Below, piece after piece: positions 1-10,572 of a DNA stretch of 40,159 bases. Where the stretch lies: the NCBI GenBank assembly GCA_032718475.1, contig JAUCBJ010001751.1:1-40159 (forward strand), read 5' to 3'. Below the pieces are notes generated by a model, which did no database searches, was not told the origin of the DNA, and saw only the letters and a program-made list of their open reading frames with translations. The position numbers were made by a program, and so were the translations under genes. The stretch's first letter is position 1. Each line of letters starts with the position of its first letter. The DNA comes from Nemertoderma westbladi (Eukaryota; Animalia; Xenacoelomorpha).

Positions 1-185
1 GCCTACTGCAATAAGATTATAAACTGTTACTGTTCGTCAGAACAGTATTAAACTGTATTTAATGCATACACTTGCAACCTTATTGCCTACTGCAATAAGA
101 AGTATAAACTGTTACTGTTCGACAGAACAGTATTAAACTGTATTTAATACTTACACTGCAATACAAGATAAACTGTTACTGTTCG
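1..185. repeat. ~84-bp tandem repeat (2 copies plus partial; may continue upstream of the window)
   Basis: GCCTACTGCAATAAGA...AAACTGTTACTGTTCG.CAGAACAGTATTAAACTGTATTTAAT starts at 1 and 85, with a partial third copy near 156-185. Units contain short hairpins (TACTGTTC-4nt-GAACAGTA). Confidence 0.8.
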
Positions 186-203
186 CGCTTTTGAAGACCT
201 TTA

Positions 204-665
204 GGGGCCGTCCAAGTATGACGTCTGCACTTTTCCCCAAAATGTTGACCCCCTCCCTCCCCTAAATCAGATATCATCAGATAGGCGTTGACCCCCCCCC
301 CCCCCCCCCCCCTAAATCAGATTAAAAAAAATTTTGTAATAAACTATTATATTATGAAGATGTTTCATTTTCAGGCGAACACCAGTACCGCAGTACCCCA
401 GTAGCACGCGTCCTAATCACTGAAACATGGTGACTGGTAACTGAAACAGAAGGTCGTACTACGGGCCTTCGGGGGCTTCGAACTGTCGAACAATTAAAAT
501 AGGCAAGCTATTTACTCTTCTGCTATATCTCTTCTAGCACCTATAAATGAACATGCTGACGTCAGATTTTGGCTGACTCCCTCCCCTCCCCTCATCAGCA
601 CGTCATCAGATTTTCCCAACCCCCCTCCCCCCCTTAAAGTGCTGACGTCATACTTGGACGGCCCC
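204..665. mobile_element. Non-autonomous PIF/Harbinger-type MITE
   Basis: 30-bp TIRs GGGGCCGTCCAAGTATGACGTCTGCACTTT (204-233) and AAAGTGCTGACGTCATACTTGGACGGCCCC (636-665), 1 mismatch. TTA target-site duplication at 201-203 and 666-668. No ORF. Confidence 0.9.
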
Positions 666-2416
666 TTAGCAGTTCAACCTGCCAAAATTTATATGTCTTC
701 TAGTTAATTAAAACCACTTTAGCATACGACAATATTTTATGCTAATACGCAAAACATTAGCCGAAGTCAGCCCATGCGCGATCATTCACCCGATGGATCT
801 ACACCCGGGAGACTGAATTCGGATGCTTGAATTGTATTATTACAGTGTAAGGTTGCAGTGTATACCTAATGTATTATTCGATAGATCGTTAATAATTAAT
901 CTCTGACAGATATTATTGGCTTTCGGGAAATATTAACAGTTCCTTTAGGACGTGGCGCTTTATCCATTTAAACAGAACTAAGACTTATACTAAAACGCAA
1001 CGATACTGCTTATGATTGAAGTATAAAGCGTATTCTTTAGGAAATACTTTGTTACCAATCACAATCATACACACTATTCTGCCGACAGTCAGTATATTTG
1101 ATCACACATAAAGAGAGCAGCAATTGACTCACGTAGGGTCTGCTAAATAACATTGGATTCAATACACACCACATTAATATAAATCGCAATTGTTATGTAT
1201 AGCCGGTCTCTCTAACCTGTAGTGTTATCAAGAAAATTGGGAATTGGGTGATTTATCCGTATTATCCAAATAGCAATATTTCCATCAACAAATAGGTACA
1301 ATTAATAACTGACGGTAAAATAACAGTACAAACAATATGATTAATGCAATTAAATTAAGTGAGTTAATGCTGTCTTTCGATTTGATTGATTAATCAATTA
1401 TGATTTGTTTCGGTAACAGTTTATACTTTCGATAATTCAAGCAGTTTACTAGAGTTCTTCCCAAAAGGCCGGTGTTTCTGGCTTAGACAGCAATAACAAC
1501 AAAGTAACAAGTAAAAACAGTAAGACAGAACACTCTCCTTATGATCGGCAGAAAAGCTACACGTCGACAGGAAAAACCGCCCTGATTGGCCCAAGCCAAA
1601 CAAAGAACCACGCGTCCAATGGCTGTTTACATGTCAGCAACCAGCTGCTAGATGTCGTAATATGAATCATCACGGCTAAGCTGTGAAAGGTAGTTGGTGC
1701 ATTACAAGTTTTTTGCCTTACCATGTCCGCCAAAACACGTATATAGCAGAATGATTTTTATGTCCGTTAAAACACCTGTAAAGGTACCTTGCGGGCGAGG
1801 GGAATATATATACAGTTAGGAAACCTTTTTAGAGTATTCCAGCGCCTGGGGGAGAACTGGCCAGCAAAGGCAAACGTATCAGTTATCCCACAAAAGCTTT
1901 TACAGGCTGCAAACCGAAATCCAAACATTCAGCACAGAGTATCTCAGCAAAAATGCCATCATTAATTACTTCAAAACCGCAATGCGTTAGAACGGGGTGT
2001 CTCGCCAGAATATCAATGGAATTGTATGCATCATCATAACAGATATACGCAGCAACTACTGTACAGGGTGTAGTACGCTAAGTAATTGTTCACCATGAAG
2101 GAAAAGCAGGGCGATAAATTCTAGCCTCCCTCTATAATAGCCCCCGTTCACCGCATTTCCATTCATTCTCAAATTTTTATTTTTAAAAGTTTTATTTATT
2201 TTCATGAAAGTTTTATTTATTTAAAATTTTGTAAAATCATTTAGCGAAAATTCAATAATATCAATTAACATTACTATATAATGTATAGACATGAAAGTTG
2301 TTTGGTTTGTAATAAAGAAATGAGACAAGACAATCTATCTCGTCATAAGGAAAGACATAGAAAGGATAAACTAATGGATCCGTTACTAAAAAATTTTAAG
2401 AAATTCGAAATTTAAG

Positions 2417-2560
2417 AATGAAGAAAGTGAAGAACAGGAAGGGGGTGCAGAAAGTGAAGAACAGGAAGAGGATGAAGAAAGTGAAGGTGGGGAAGAGGAT
2501 GAAGAAAATGAAGGTTTGAAGAGGATGAAGAAAGTGAAGATCAGGAAAGTTAATGAAATG
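2417..2560 (+). repeat. Purine-rich degenerate ~24-bp repeat
   Basis: Repeated GAAGAAAGTGAAGAACAGGAAGAGGAT-like units. Explains the Ser-rich minus-strand ORF 2386-2589. Confidence 0.6.
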
Positions 2561-2882
2561 GAGCAGAGCATAATTTCATTAATAATCAAGCTTGATTAAT
2601 AGCATAATCAAGCATAATTTGAAATTAAACCAGTGGATTGTTACAATGGTTACATGGTGTCTGGTAGTCTGTCAAACCTTTCGTCATGTGTCTGACGGGA
2701 AAGCGGGTCCAGATAGATAATTATCAGCGATGAAGATTCGAGGGTATTATACATAATACATCCTACAGCACGTTAAACATCACAGCTACACTGCGCGCAT
2801 TTGTTCTACTGTATTTAACCATTAAAAAATCACTAAAAAAATACACCAGACAAATTAAATTGCAGGAATCAACATTTCCTTA

Positions 2883-3180
2883 GCATACTGTAGGTCCTGG
2901 TTGTTGAAAGAGACATAGTACCACATGCTGTTGGTCTGTAGCAAGTATAACGACATCCGTGAAGATCTGTTCCCCTATTTTTTGTCAAAATGAAAAAAAA
3001 AACGTAAATTTCGCGAATTTCTTGTTAACAAGGACACATCCCCCACCATTTCAGAGGGAAGATTACTGATATTTTTTTTTCTCCAAAACGAGGTTCTCAT
3101 GGGGTGGTTGTATACAGATTCTCGTTTGCCGTACAGGGAGGGGGGGGGGGGGGGGGGTGGTCTACAATAAGGACATCAAA
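2883..3180 (+). pseudogene. Decayed 3' end of a non-LTR retrotransposon ORF2 (zinc-knuckle region)
   Basis: Translates as AYCRSWLLKET*YHMLLVCSKYNDIREDLFP, matching the C..C....E...H.L..C..Y...R motif of LINE ORF2 C-termini. Contains in-frame stops. Confidence 0.5.
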
Positions 3181-3938
3181 CAGGAAATCTGAAGCATCAA
3201 TTTTTGCTTAGTTGGATATTGTAGAGCCTGGTACCGGTAGTAACTTTTGACAAGATACTGATACACACACAATCATATTTGTTGCATACTCGATATTAGT
3301 TAGTTTGTGATTAATTGATAAACATTTGACATTGGTTGATGTAGCTTCTGGTCATAAAATTTCTTATTTTCTTTATATACCAATGACCTGTAATATAGTG
3401 TCATTTGCTTGTGACATGTACTCATATTTTTATAAAAGCCTTTTATCATATTACATGACTTGACATTTGAAACACCATTAGTACAATGGGGTAGACGACT
3501 CGGAAATTTTTTTTCGAGTTTTCGTTGGTTTCATGTGAAAGAGCATGTGAAAAAACCCCAGAGAGCAATTTTACTTTAAAAAAATATATTGGATGAGTTA
3601 TAGCGATTTTAAAACGCAAAATTAGCAACATCGAAAAATCAGGCCGTTTCAGAAAACTGCACGAGTGACGTCAGCCATAACACAGCAACAGTCGTCAAGC
3701 GCAGTTGATTGGCTAATATAAAGTATAATATTGCAGTATCTAAAATAAAACAAATAATAAATGTAGCTATGTATTTATTTGGATGTGTATTTGTGTTATT
3801 TGATGGGTATTTGATACAGGGTTGTCAACTAGTACGCGAATCTAAATATAAAACAACCTGACCTTAGGCCTACTGCTGTACTAGCTACTGCAGTTGGTGC
3901 TGCAGCATATCACCCGCTTCCGTTCCGACTCCTCGATC

Positions 3939-5126
3939 ATGGAGACGGAAGGAATGGACAGCAATAACTCTGATACAGGCAATCCCAATGGGGATATTGT
4001 CTTAGTGAACTCCTGTTTAGTGGCGGTAGTGCAGGGGATGGCTACACAGATTTATGATGTTACTGCAGACAAGTGTCTGTCGCATTACCGCAATTGCGAT
4101 ATTCTTGCAGCAAAACAGGTTTTATTCAATAAACTAGGTTTAAAGGTTATTAGTAGACAGGACACTGCTGACCGCTCTGCAGCAGCGGCGAACCTGCGAG
4201 ATATTTATGAAGTACTAAAGAATTTGGATTCGTCGGGTTCTCTCCCGATCATTGCGGTCAGTGCGTTGGATGCACTGTCATTACCTCCGATAGCGTCGGG
4301 CGCCAGCACAAGTAACCCTCAGTTGTCCCGCGTGACAGATATTGATGCGACTTCTCGTTTATCTGCCTTAGACTCTAAAATAGAGGACCTTCAGAAAGTG
4401 TTATTAGATAGGTTAACGGTTATTGAAGCCAAAGTGTTGGTGCCTGTATCGGCTACGCCGACACCAACATCCGGTGGGGTTATTCCGGTGTCCTCGCAGA
4501 TGCCCAATCCTCCTAACCTAAACCGCCCGTCGTTTGCTCATACAGTCATGGGTAATTCACATCAATCAAGGCCGGGGTGGGGTTCCCAATCCCCAGGTCC
4601 TGCTCGAGGTCGAGGCGGTTATTACCAGGCTCTCGGCCCACAACGGTCGAACATTTCGGATGGTTTTCGGGCGAATCGGGTGGATTCTCCGGGCCACTCT
4701 CAGGGTGGAAGTCTAAAGCGACCTCGTCGTAACTCCACCAATGACGATGTGATCGAGGATGATGGATTCATTACTGCTGGGAGGAAAGGGAAGCATACGC
4801 GTAAACCAGTTCCTGTTGTGATCGGCACAGGGACAAGTTCCGCCGATAAAACGATCGGAAAATCGGCCCCAGTCGACATTTTCGCGTTTCGGCTCGCTCC
4901 GGGAACCACTTGCGACGAGATAAAGAACGGCCTAAAGGCCAACGGGATTGACTCCCTGGGTGTCACAATGGTTTCGCACAAGGAGTCAAGAACGACTAGT
5001 TTCAGGATCACCCTGCAGACGTTACACCTCGAGGCGGCATTAAACCCGGCCATATGGCCTCCCAGGGTTCATGTAAGAGAGTGGGTGTACTACTCGAGGC
5101 CAGCTACTGGGGTAGGTAACAGGTAA
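3939..5126 (+). CDS. LINE ORF1 (N-terminal conserved domain, coiled coil, C-terminal RRM-like domain)
   Basis: Open frame from 3894 (TTG); first ATG at 3939. Coiled-coil-like LSALDSKIEDLQKVL and C-terminal DIFAFRL...SFRITL...NPAIWPPRVHVREW, typical of CR1/L2-group ORF1. Ends 43 nt before ORF2. Confidence 0.8.
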   Translation: METEGMDSNNSDTGNPNGDIVLVNSCLVAVVQGMATQIYDVTADKCLSHYRNCDILAAKQVLFNKLGLKVISRQDTADRSAAAANLRDIYEVLKNLDSSGSLPIIAVSALDALSLPPIASGASTSNPQLSRVTDIDATSRLSALDSKIEDLQKVLLDRLTVIEAKVLVPVSATPTPTSGGVIPVSSQMPNPPNLNRPSFAHTVMGNSHQSRPGWGSQSPGPARGRGGYYQALGPQRSNISDGFRANRVDSPGHSQGGSLKRPRRNSTNDDVIEDDGFITAGRKGKHTRKPVPVVIGTGTSSADKTIGKSAPVDIFAFRLAPGTTCDEIKNGLKANGIDSLGVTMVSHKESRTTSFRITLQTLHLEAALNPAIWPPRVHVREWVYYSRPATGVGNR

Positions 5127-5169
5127 ACAGCAGTGACTATGACTCAGATTATTTATCTGCTAATTATCA

Positions 5170-8100
5170 ATGGCGGGCTCCGATTCAGACTCACAACTAT
5201 TATCTTTAACTTCGTATAATAGTACAGGTTTGTCCGATGACAAATGTGATTTTATTAATACATTAGCTCTGGGTTCAGACATTATCTGCCTGCAGGAACA
5301 TTTCAGGTTAAGTGATAATTTAGGGTATATAAAGAATAAGTTTCCTAATTTTCTATGTATACCGAAAGCTGCAGTTCATTTAAGTGAACAGACCGCCGGC
5401 CGCGCCTCAGGTGGCCTTTGTATTTTATTAAAAAGATACCTGGCGAAGTATGTCTCTGTCATTAAGACTAGTACGTATCGATTGCAGCATATACGTTTGT
5501 CGCTGCCCAATAATTGTAATATTGTCATTTTGAATTGTTACTTTCCAGTAGATAATCGTTCTACCACCGCAGTGTCTGATGAACTTCTGTTACTATTGAA
5601 TGAAATTAGGGATATAACACAAAATGCTAATACAGCTAACATAGTTATTTGCGGTGACCTAAACACAGATTTTTTACGCAATACAAGTCATGTTAATATT
5701 GTTCAGTCCTTTATACACGATAATAATTTAAATATACTTTGGGATACGAATACGGTAGATTATACATATTTAAGTGTTGTTAATAATTGTGTATATAAAT
5801 CAACTATTGATCATTTTTTATCATCGAGCAACTTTCTAAATAATTGTACGGAGGCAGGAGTAATTCATTGCGGTGAAAATCTCTCGCAACATAGCCCAAT
5901 CTATTTGAAATGTTCAGTTACTAAGCTAAATGAACATGTTTATGTTGACGTAACCTCAGCCAATAGCAAACCTTCTTTTGATCGGGCAACAGCCAATCAA
6001 AAAGCTCAATATAAAAGTGAATTTGGTGCCTCCCTGCAAGAAATTAATTTACAATGTGCTGATTGTAGTAATGTATTCTGTAATTGCAAAAACCATTTAG
6101 ATGCGTTACAAATATATATGTTTGATATTTTGGGGGCAATTGACAGTGCGGTGCAATGTTTACCATGGTTGGGCGGGGGTACCAATAATAATGGCAACAT
6201 TATTCCGCCACCTCTCCCAGGTTGGAATGAACACGTGAGACCCTTTAAGGAAGAATCAGTATTCTGGCATAGTGTGTGGGTGTCTGCTGGGAGACCGGAT
6301 GCGTCCAATAATCTGTTTCATTTGCGCCAGAGGTCCCGTGCTCAGTACAAATACGCAGTTCGTAGGTTGAAAAACAGTGTAGATGTAGTAAAACGTGATA
6401 AATTCATGCAGGCATGTTTCTCGAAAGACTGTGATATCTTTGCAGAAATCAGAAAGTTGCGCGGGAACCAAAAAGAGACCAGTCATTTAATTGATGGTGA
6501 ATCTTCACCTGAGGCTATTGCAGAAAAATTCGCGTCTATTTATTCCTCGTTATTCAATAAGGATTATAAGTCGGACTTCACAGAGATTGAGTCCAATATT
6601 CTAGAATCGCTTAGAGGCGTAAACATTGAAAGTGAGAGAGTAACTCGCGGCATGGTTCGGGCAGCCTTAGACAAGTTACAGCCCAAGAAAACCGATGTGA
6701 GTGGTATGTTCACCTCAGACTGCTTGAAACATGGTGGTTCTGAAATTATAGATCATTTATGTACCCTGTTCAATGGGTTTCTTGTACACGGATATGTGCC
6801 ACCGTTCCTATTATCAGCTTCTCTTGTTCCGCTCATAAAGGACAAACTCGGTGATATTTCAACCTCCAGCAATTACAGAGCTATTGCAATCGCATCCTTA
6901 GTGCTCAAAGTTCTAGAATGGGTGATGCTAATCTCCCAAGGTCATTGCTTGGCCGTAGATGATTTACAATTTGGGTTTCAGAAGCAGTCTAGTACGACAA
7001 GTTGCACATGGGCGGTCTCCGAAGTTCTCGGGTTCTACAGACGGTTCAATACGCCAGTATTTGGTTGCCTTTTAGATTTGAGTCGGGCCTTTGACCTGGT
7101 TGAATGGGTTAAGTTGTTTATGGAGCTTCTAAAGAAGGGGTTCTCGCCTTTATTTTTAAGGTTATTAATGTTCACATACAGGGAACAATGTTGTAATGTC
7201 AAGTGGGGTTCCGCAAACTCGCGCAAATTTTCCATCACTAACGGCTGTAGGCAGGGTTCGGTGGCGAGCCCATTTTTATTCTGTATTGTTATTAACACGT
7301 TAATCGTCCGTCTCAGAAAATCTCGAGTTGGTTGTCACATTGGGTCTCGCTTTTTCGGTATATTTGTATATGCCGACGACATACTTCTGCTGTGTCCATC
7401 AGTTCATGGTTTGCAGCATATGCTCAAGGATTGCGAATTATTTTCGAAGGATTTTAATATGGTATTTAGCACCAATACTAATCCAGATATAAGTAAATCG
7501 AAATGTATACCCTTTAATCGTTCTTGGTCTAAACCGTCTACAAACGTTACAGTAAATGAAGTTACATTACCATGGGTTAAGCAAGCGACATATTTAGGCA
7601 ACACTCTGCACTATTCAGGTAGTTTCAATTTCGACATGCAATTAAAGCGCGGTAAATTTATTGGAAAACTTAAATGTCTTAAGCAAGAATTTAGCTTCTC
7701 ACATCCGTCTTGTTTATGTAATTTGCAAAGAATTTATGCAACTAGTTTTTATGGTAGTTCACTATGGGATTTTTCGTCACATAATTTTTTGAAGATACTT
7801 AATTCATGGAATATTAATGTTAGATCAGTTTGGGGGTTGCCTTACAATACTCATAGATTCTTTGTGGAGGGTTTAGTAGATTTCCCATACCCAAAGTCAA
7901 TGATTTTTGGTAGGTTTGTGCAGTTTATTACTAAATCTATTCTAAATAGCCCAAAACAATCTATACAATTTTTAGGTAATCTTAATATTTTTGATTGTAG
8001 GTCAGTGAGCGGTGCAAATCTAAATTATATATCAACATCTATTGTTAATTCCCCGGTAGCCAGATTTCCAAATGTAAAGGAATGTTATAATTTTAAATGG

Positions 8101-8226
8101 TTCGGAGATAATTCGACTTACATAAATATGTGCAGGGAATTAGTTGATTGTAGATATACCTTGGAAGTACCAGGTTTTGAGCAGGATGAATTGGAAAATA
8201 TTTTGCATTATATATGTACGGAATAG
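5170..8226 (+). CDS. LINE ORF2: apurinic endonuclease + reverse transcriptase, 1018 aa, uninterrupted
   Basis: APE motifs SYNSTG, ICLQEH, GDLNTD, IDHF, SQHSPI. RT motifs NYRAIA, QFGFQ, LDLSRAFD, GCRQGSVASP, YADD, YLG. Confidence 0.95.
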   Translation: MAGSDSDSQLLSLTSYNSTGLSDDKCDFINTLALGSDIICLQEHFRLSDNLGYIKNKFPNFLCIPKAAVHLSEQTAGRASGGLCILLKRYLAKYVSVIKTSTYRLQHIRLSLPNNCNIVILNCYFPVDNRSTTAVSDELLLLLNEIRDITQNANTANIVICGDLNTDFLRNTSHVNIVQSFIHDNNLNILWDTNTVDYTYLSVVNNCVYKSTIDHFLSSSNFLNNCTEAGVIHCGENLSQHSPIYLKCSVTKLNEHVYVDVTSANSKPSFDRATANQKAQYKSEFGASLQEINLQCADCSNVFCNCKNHLDALQIYMFDILGAIDSAVQCLPWLGGGTNNNGNIIPPPLPGWNEHVRPFKEESVFWHSVWVSAGRPDASNNLFHLRQRSRAQYKYAVRRLKNSVDVVKRDKFMQACFSKDCDIFAEIRKLRGNQKETSHLIDGESSPEAIAEKFASIYSSLFNKDYKSDFTEIESNILESLRGVNIESERVTRGMVRAALDKLQPKKTDVSGMFTSDCLKHGGSEIIDHLCTLFNGFLVHGYVPPFLLSASLVPLIKDKLGDISTSSNYRAIAIASLVLKVLEWVMLISQGHCLAVDDLQFGFQKQSSTTSCTWAVSEVLGFYRRFNTPVFGCLLDLSRAFDLVEWVKLFMELLKKGFSPLFLRLLMFTYREQCCNVKWGSANSRKFSITNGCRQGSVASPFLFCIVINTLIVRLRKSRVGCHIGSRFFGIFVYADDILLLCPSVHGLQHMLKDCELFSKDFNMVFSTNTNPDISKSKCIPFNRSWSKPSTNVTVNEVTLPWVKQATYLGNTLHYSGSFNFDMQLKRGKFIGKLKCLKQEFSFSHPSCLCNLQRIYATSFYGSSLWDFSSHNFLKILNSWNINVRSVWGLPYNTHRFFVEGLVDFPYPKSMIFGRFVQFITKSILNSPKQSIQFLGNLNIFDCRSVSGANLNYISTSIVNSPVARFPNVKECYNFKWFGDNSTYINMCRELVDCRYTLEVPGFEQDELENILHYICTE

Positions 8227-8961
8227 TAGCGTGATTTACGAATTAGTAAACTGATTGAGTCGTATTGTATCTCAGTAAATGTGGCGGTTAACATTATCAT
8301 TATCATTATTGTAACAGTTCATCTACTTACCCACCCTACTTTATTTGTGCTTAATTATGTAACGTTGTATGTACGCTGTACTGTTATTTACTACTGTTTT
8401 TTGTATTTAACGTGTACGAAATTAACAATTAACAGTTGTGTTAAAAATCGATTATAGGATAGCGGTATGGAGGCAAATTATTCATATGAAGTTAATTATT
8501 CTAGAATAATATTTATTTCGCCCATACCTGTACCATAGAGCTGTAGCTAAAAACAAATATAGCTAGCTAAATACTGCCAGGCGTTTCAGTAATCTATTTT
8601 TTAATTGTTTTTACAGCGAACAATGCGGGATGGGTAGATTAGCACTAGATGGTAATTTTTTTTTTTTGTCAGTTCACTGTAAAGTGTTACTGGTACTAGT
8701 GTTGCACGTGTCACCATTATTCTGCCTTTAATAATAGCTGTATTTGGTTTGACATCCAAAAATATCAAAATACCAAAAAATACCAAAACATAATGTTTTG
8801 GGCTATAGGTTTATGTTCTTGACATATTTTGGCTAGTTACATTTGAAAAAAAAAATGTTTTAAAGAAAATAAAAACAAATGTTTGTGATAGCTAGTGTTT
8901 TCAATGGTATGTACTGTTTTAATATTGTAGCTAGTGTTTTTATAAAATACCACAAAATCTT

Positions 8962-9250
8962 ATTTTTTGATGCCATTTCAGATGCCATTACACCAACGCA
9001 TGTGGTAGAAGTAAAATGTCCAACATCAAAACATGCCATTCAAGAATCGTATATTATCACAATCGAATATCGTAAGTGATAAATTCATGGCACAAATCCA
9101 ACTTGAAATGCTTCCAATCCATCTTTTGAAATGAATGGCGAAGTGAAAATAGTTGAAGTATCATATGATTCCATATACATGCAAAGTTTACTGAAAAGTA
9201 GTCCTAGCTTCTGGAAGGAATATATATTTCCCAAAATTGTGAAAAAATAG
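8962..9250 (+). pseudogene. YqaJ/lambda-exonuclease-like remnant of the ISL2EU element
   Basis: DAITPTHVVEVKCP (EVKCP at 9008-9022). After frameshifts: KFMAQIQLEML (9081-9113) and PSFEMNGEVKIVEVSYD...SFWKEYIFPKIVKK* (stop 9248-9250). Confidence 0.75.
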
Positions 9251-9289
9251 ATAATTAAAAATGTAAATTATACAGTAGTTATAGTTCAA

Positions 9290-9397
9290 CTAAATTCTGA
9301 TTAATGCTGATTGTATTGAGATGGCAGCTGAAGATATTTTTACTACGTCATCCATTACAGCCACACATTGACTAACTATCAATTGGAATTCAATAAT
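9290..9397 (-). pseudogene. C-terminal remnant of an ISL2EU/Harbinger-type DDE transposase
   Basis: Minus strand reads ...SQCVAVMDDVVKISSAAISIQSALIRI*, resembling the D..V.I...L.NLQ..LI* end of these transposases. Convergent with the YqaJ remnant. Confidence 0.5.
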
Positions 9398-10466
9398 TTA
9401 ACTTGTATAAAAATAATTACAATCGAAAAAGTGCGAATCCACAATCTAATCCAAAGTAATCTAAGTTTTGAAGCTTAATGAAACATCAATAAGCTACTGG
9501 ATTTCTACCACCTGGCAGTTTTAGCTACAAAATATGTTTTATTTTAATAGCTAACAACTGTATAGTTTGGGAAAAATAAGTATTATTCTGGAATAATTAA
9601 CTTGTCATGAATCAATTTCCACATTAAGATATCAAATAATGTATTCTTAACACAACACAAAAACACACTAAATAAATATTAGCTACACAATTTATTTTAG
9701 TTACTAAGAGATTTATATTGTATAGTAACCAATGAACATTTACTGCTGCACTAGTGACGTCACTAGTGCAGTTTTCTGAAACGGCCTGATTTTTCTATGT
9801 TGCTAATTTTGCGTTTTAAAATCGCTATAACTCGGCCAATATTAAATTTTTTTAAGTAAAATTGCTCTCTGGGGTTTTTTCACATGCTCTTTCACATGAA
9901 ACCAACGAAAACTCGAAAAAAATTTTCCGAGTCGTCTACCCCATTCGCTTTCGATGAGCCCATGTAGTTAGAATATAGCTATAATTGCGTCCTTCGTATC
10001 GTGGCCATTTTTTGCATTAGTCTCCGGTTATGTATTATGATTATGTAACAATGAATTAATGTTTGTTGAGAAACAACTGAGATGCCATTTATTAGCAAGT
10101 CGTAGGACTTGATTACTGTAAGAATTGTTTTTTATTATTGATAGTAACAATGTGTTGGCAAGCTGTATTTTTCGAGGTGTTTGTTATTATACATTTATTA
10201 TAGGAAGGGATCTTGGGGTCTTAGCCTCGAATGATAAGTTTATTTTACCGAAAATAACTTATCTTTTATTGGCGCAATTGTAGGACTAATCCCATCACAT
10301 GCGTACTTTTTAACCGGGTAGTGTACAAATTTAGGAATCGCGTAATTTTTTCTTGAAATTAATATCTCATATCTCTCCAAACCAAACACATTGTTACTAT
10401 CAATAATAAAAAATCAGGGGCTAATAAAATGGCAGCTGGCTTTGAAATTAATACTCCATATCTCAA

Positions 10467-10529
10467 GAACCTGTGGCCTAGTGGTTGTAGTCTCGGCTTC
10501 CACCTCGAGGTCCCAGGTTCGAATCTGAC
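10467..10529 (+). promoter_or_regulatory. tRNA-derived internal Pol III promoter (SINE-like head)
   Basis: A box TGGCCTAGTGG (10474-10484) and B box GGTTCGAATC (10516-10525). Anticodon-arm-like CTCGG-CTTCCAC-CTCGAG. No acceptor stem, so not a real tRNA. Confidence 0.8.
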
Positions 10530-10572
10530 ACCACGCTGATGAGACCCAGTAAGGTCGAAACGCGTACGTGGT
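10530..10572 (+). ncRNA. Minimal type I hammerhead ribozyme
   Basis: Stem I ACCACG (10530-35)/CGTGGT (10567-72). Core CTGATGA (10536-42). Stem II GACC-CAGTAA-GGTC. GAAA (10557-60). Very short palindromic stem III ACGCGT. GUA cleavage triplet (10564-66). Confidence 0.9.

Larger units (their letters stand above)
3798..8434 (+). mobile_element. Full-length two-ORF non-LTR retrotransposon (CR1/L2 group, clade not resolved)
   Basis: Intact ORF1 and APE-RT ORF2, with a 3' tail (AATTAAC)2A at 8420-8434. Boundaries come from the host element: joining 3797 to 8438 restores GTGTATTTGTGTTGTGTTAA, which matches the reverse complement of the opposite arm near 9645-9670. GTT flanks both ends (3795-3797, 8435-8437). 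Confidence 0.9.
3488..9942. mobile_element. Non-autonomous ISL2EU (IS4EU)-type DNA transposon, interrupted by a LINE
   Basis: Near-identical ~186-bp TIRs (3488-3673 and 9755-9942) starting GGGGTAGACGACTCGG, with a 2-bp AT duplication (3486-3487, 9943-9944). Diverged subterminal inverted repeats. Convergent remnants of a YqaJ-like exonuclease and a DDE transposase C-terminus. Confidence 0.85.

Noticed and set aside
292-312. Long C/G homopolymers (also near 3140, 13215, 20590, 32230, 38695)
   Set aside because: Several lie inside transposon copies, and their lengths are unreliable in assemblies.
1133-1216. Minus-strand exon-like segment bounded by CAG and GTGAG
   Set aside because: Stops in all three frames and no other support.
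1780-2100. Possible tyrosine-recombinase (Crypton/DUF3504-like) remnant, LSKNAIINYFKTAM
   Set aside because: Needs several frameshifts and has no intact catalytic motif. Too weak without a profile search.
10467-10540. Functional tRNA-Gly(TCC) gene
   Set aside because: No acceptor stem, an irregular anticodon stem, and the 3' side is replaced by the hammerhead.
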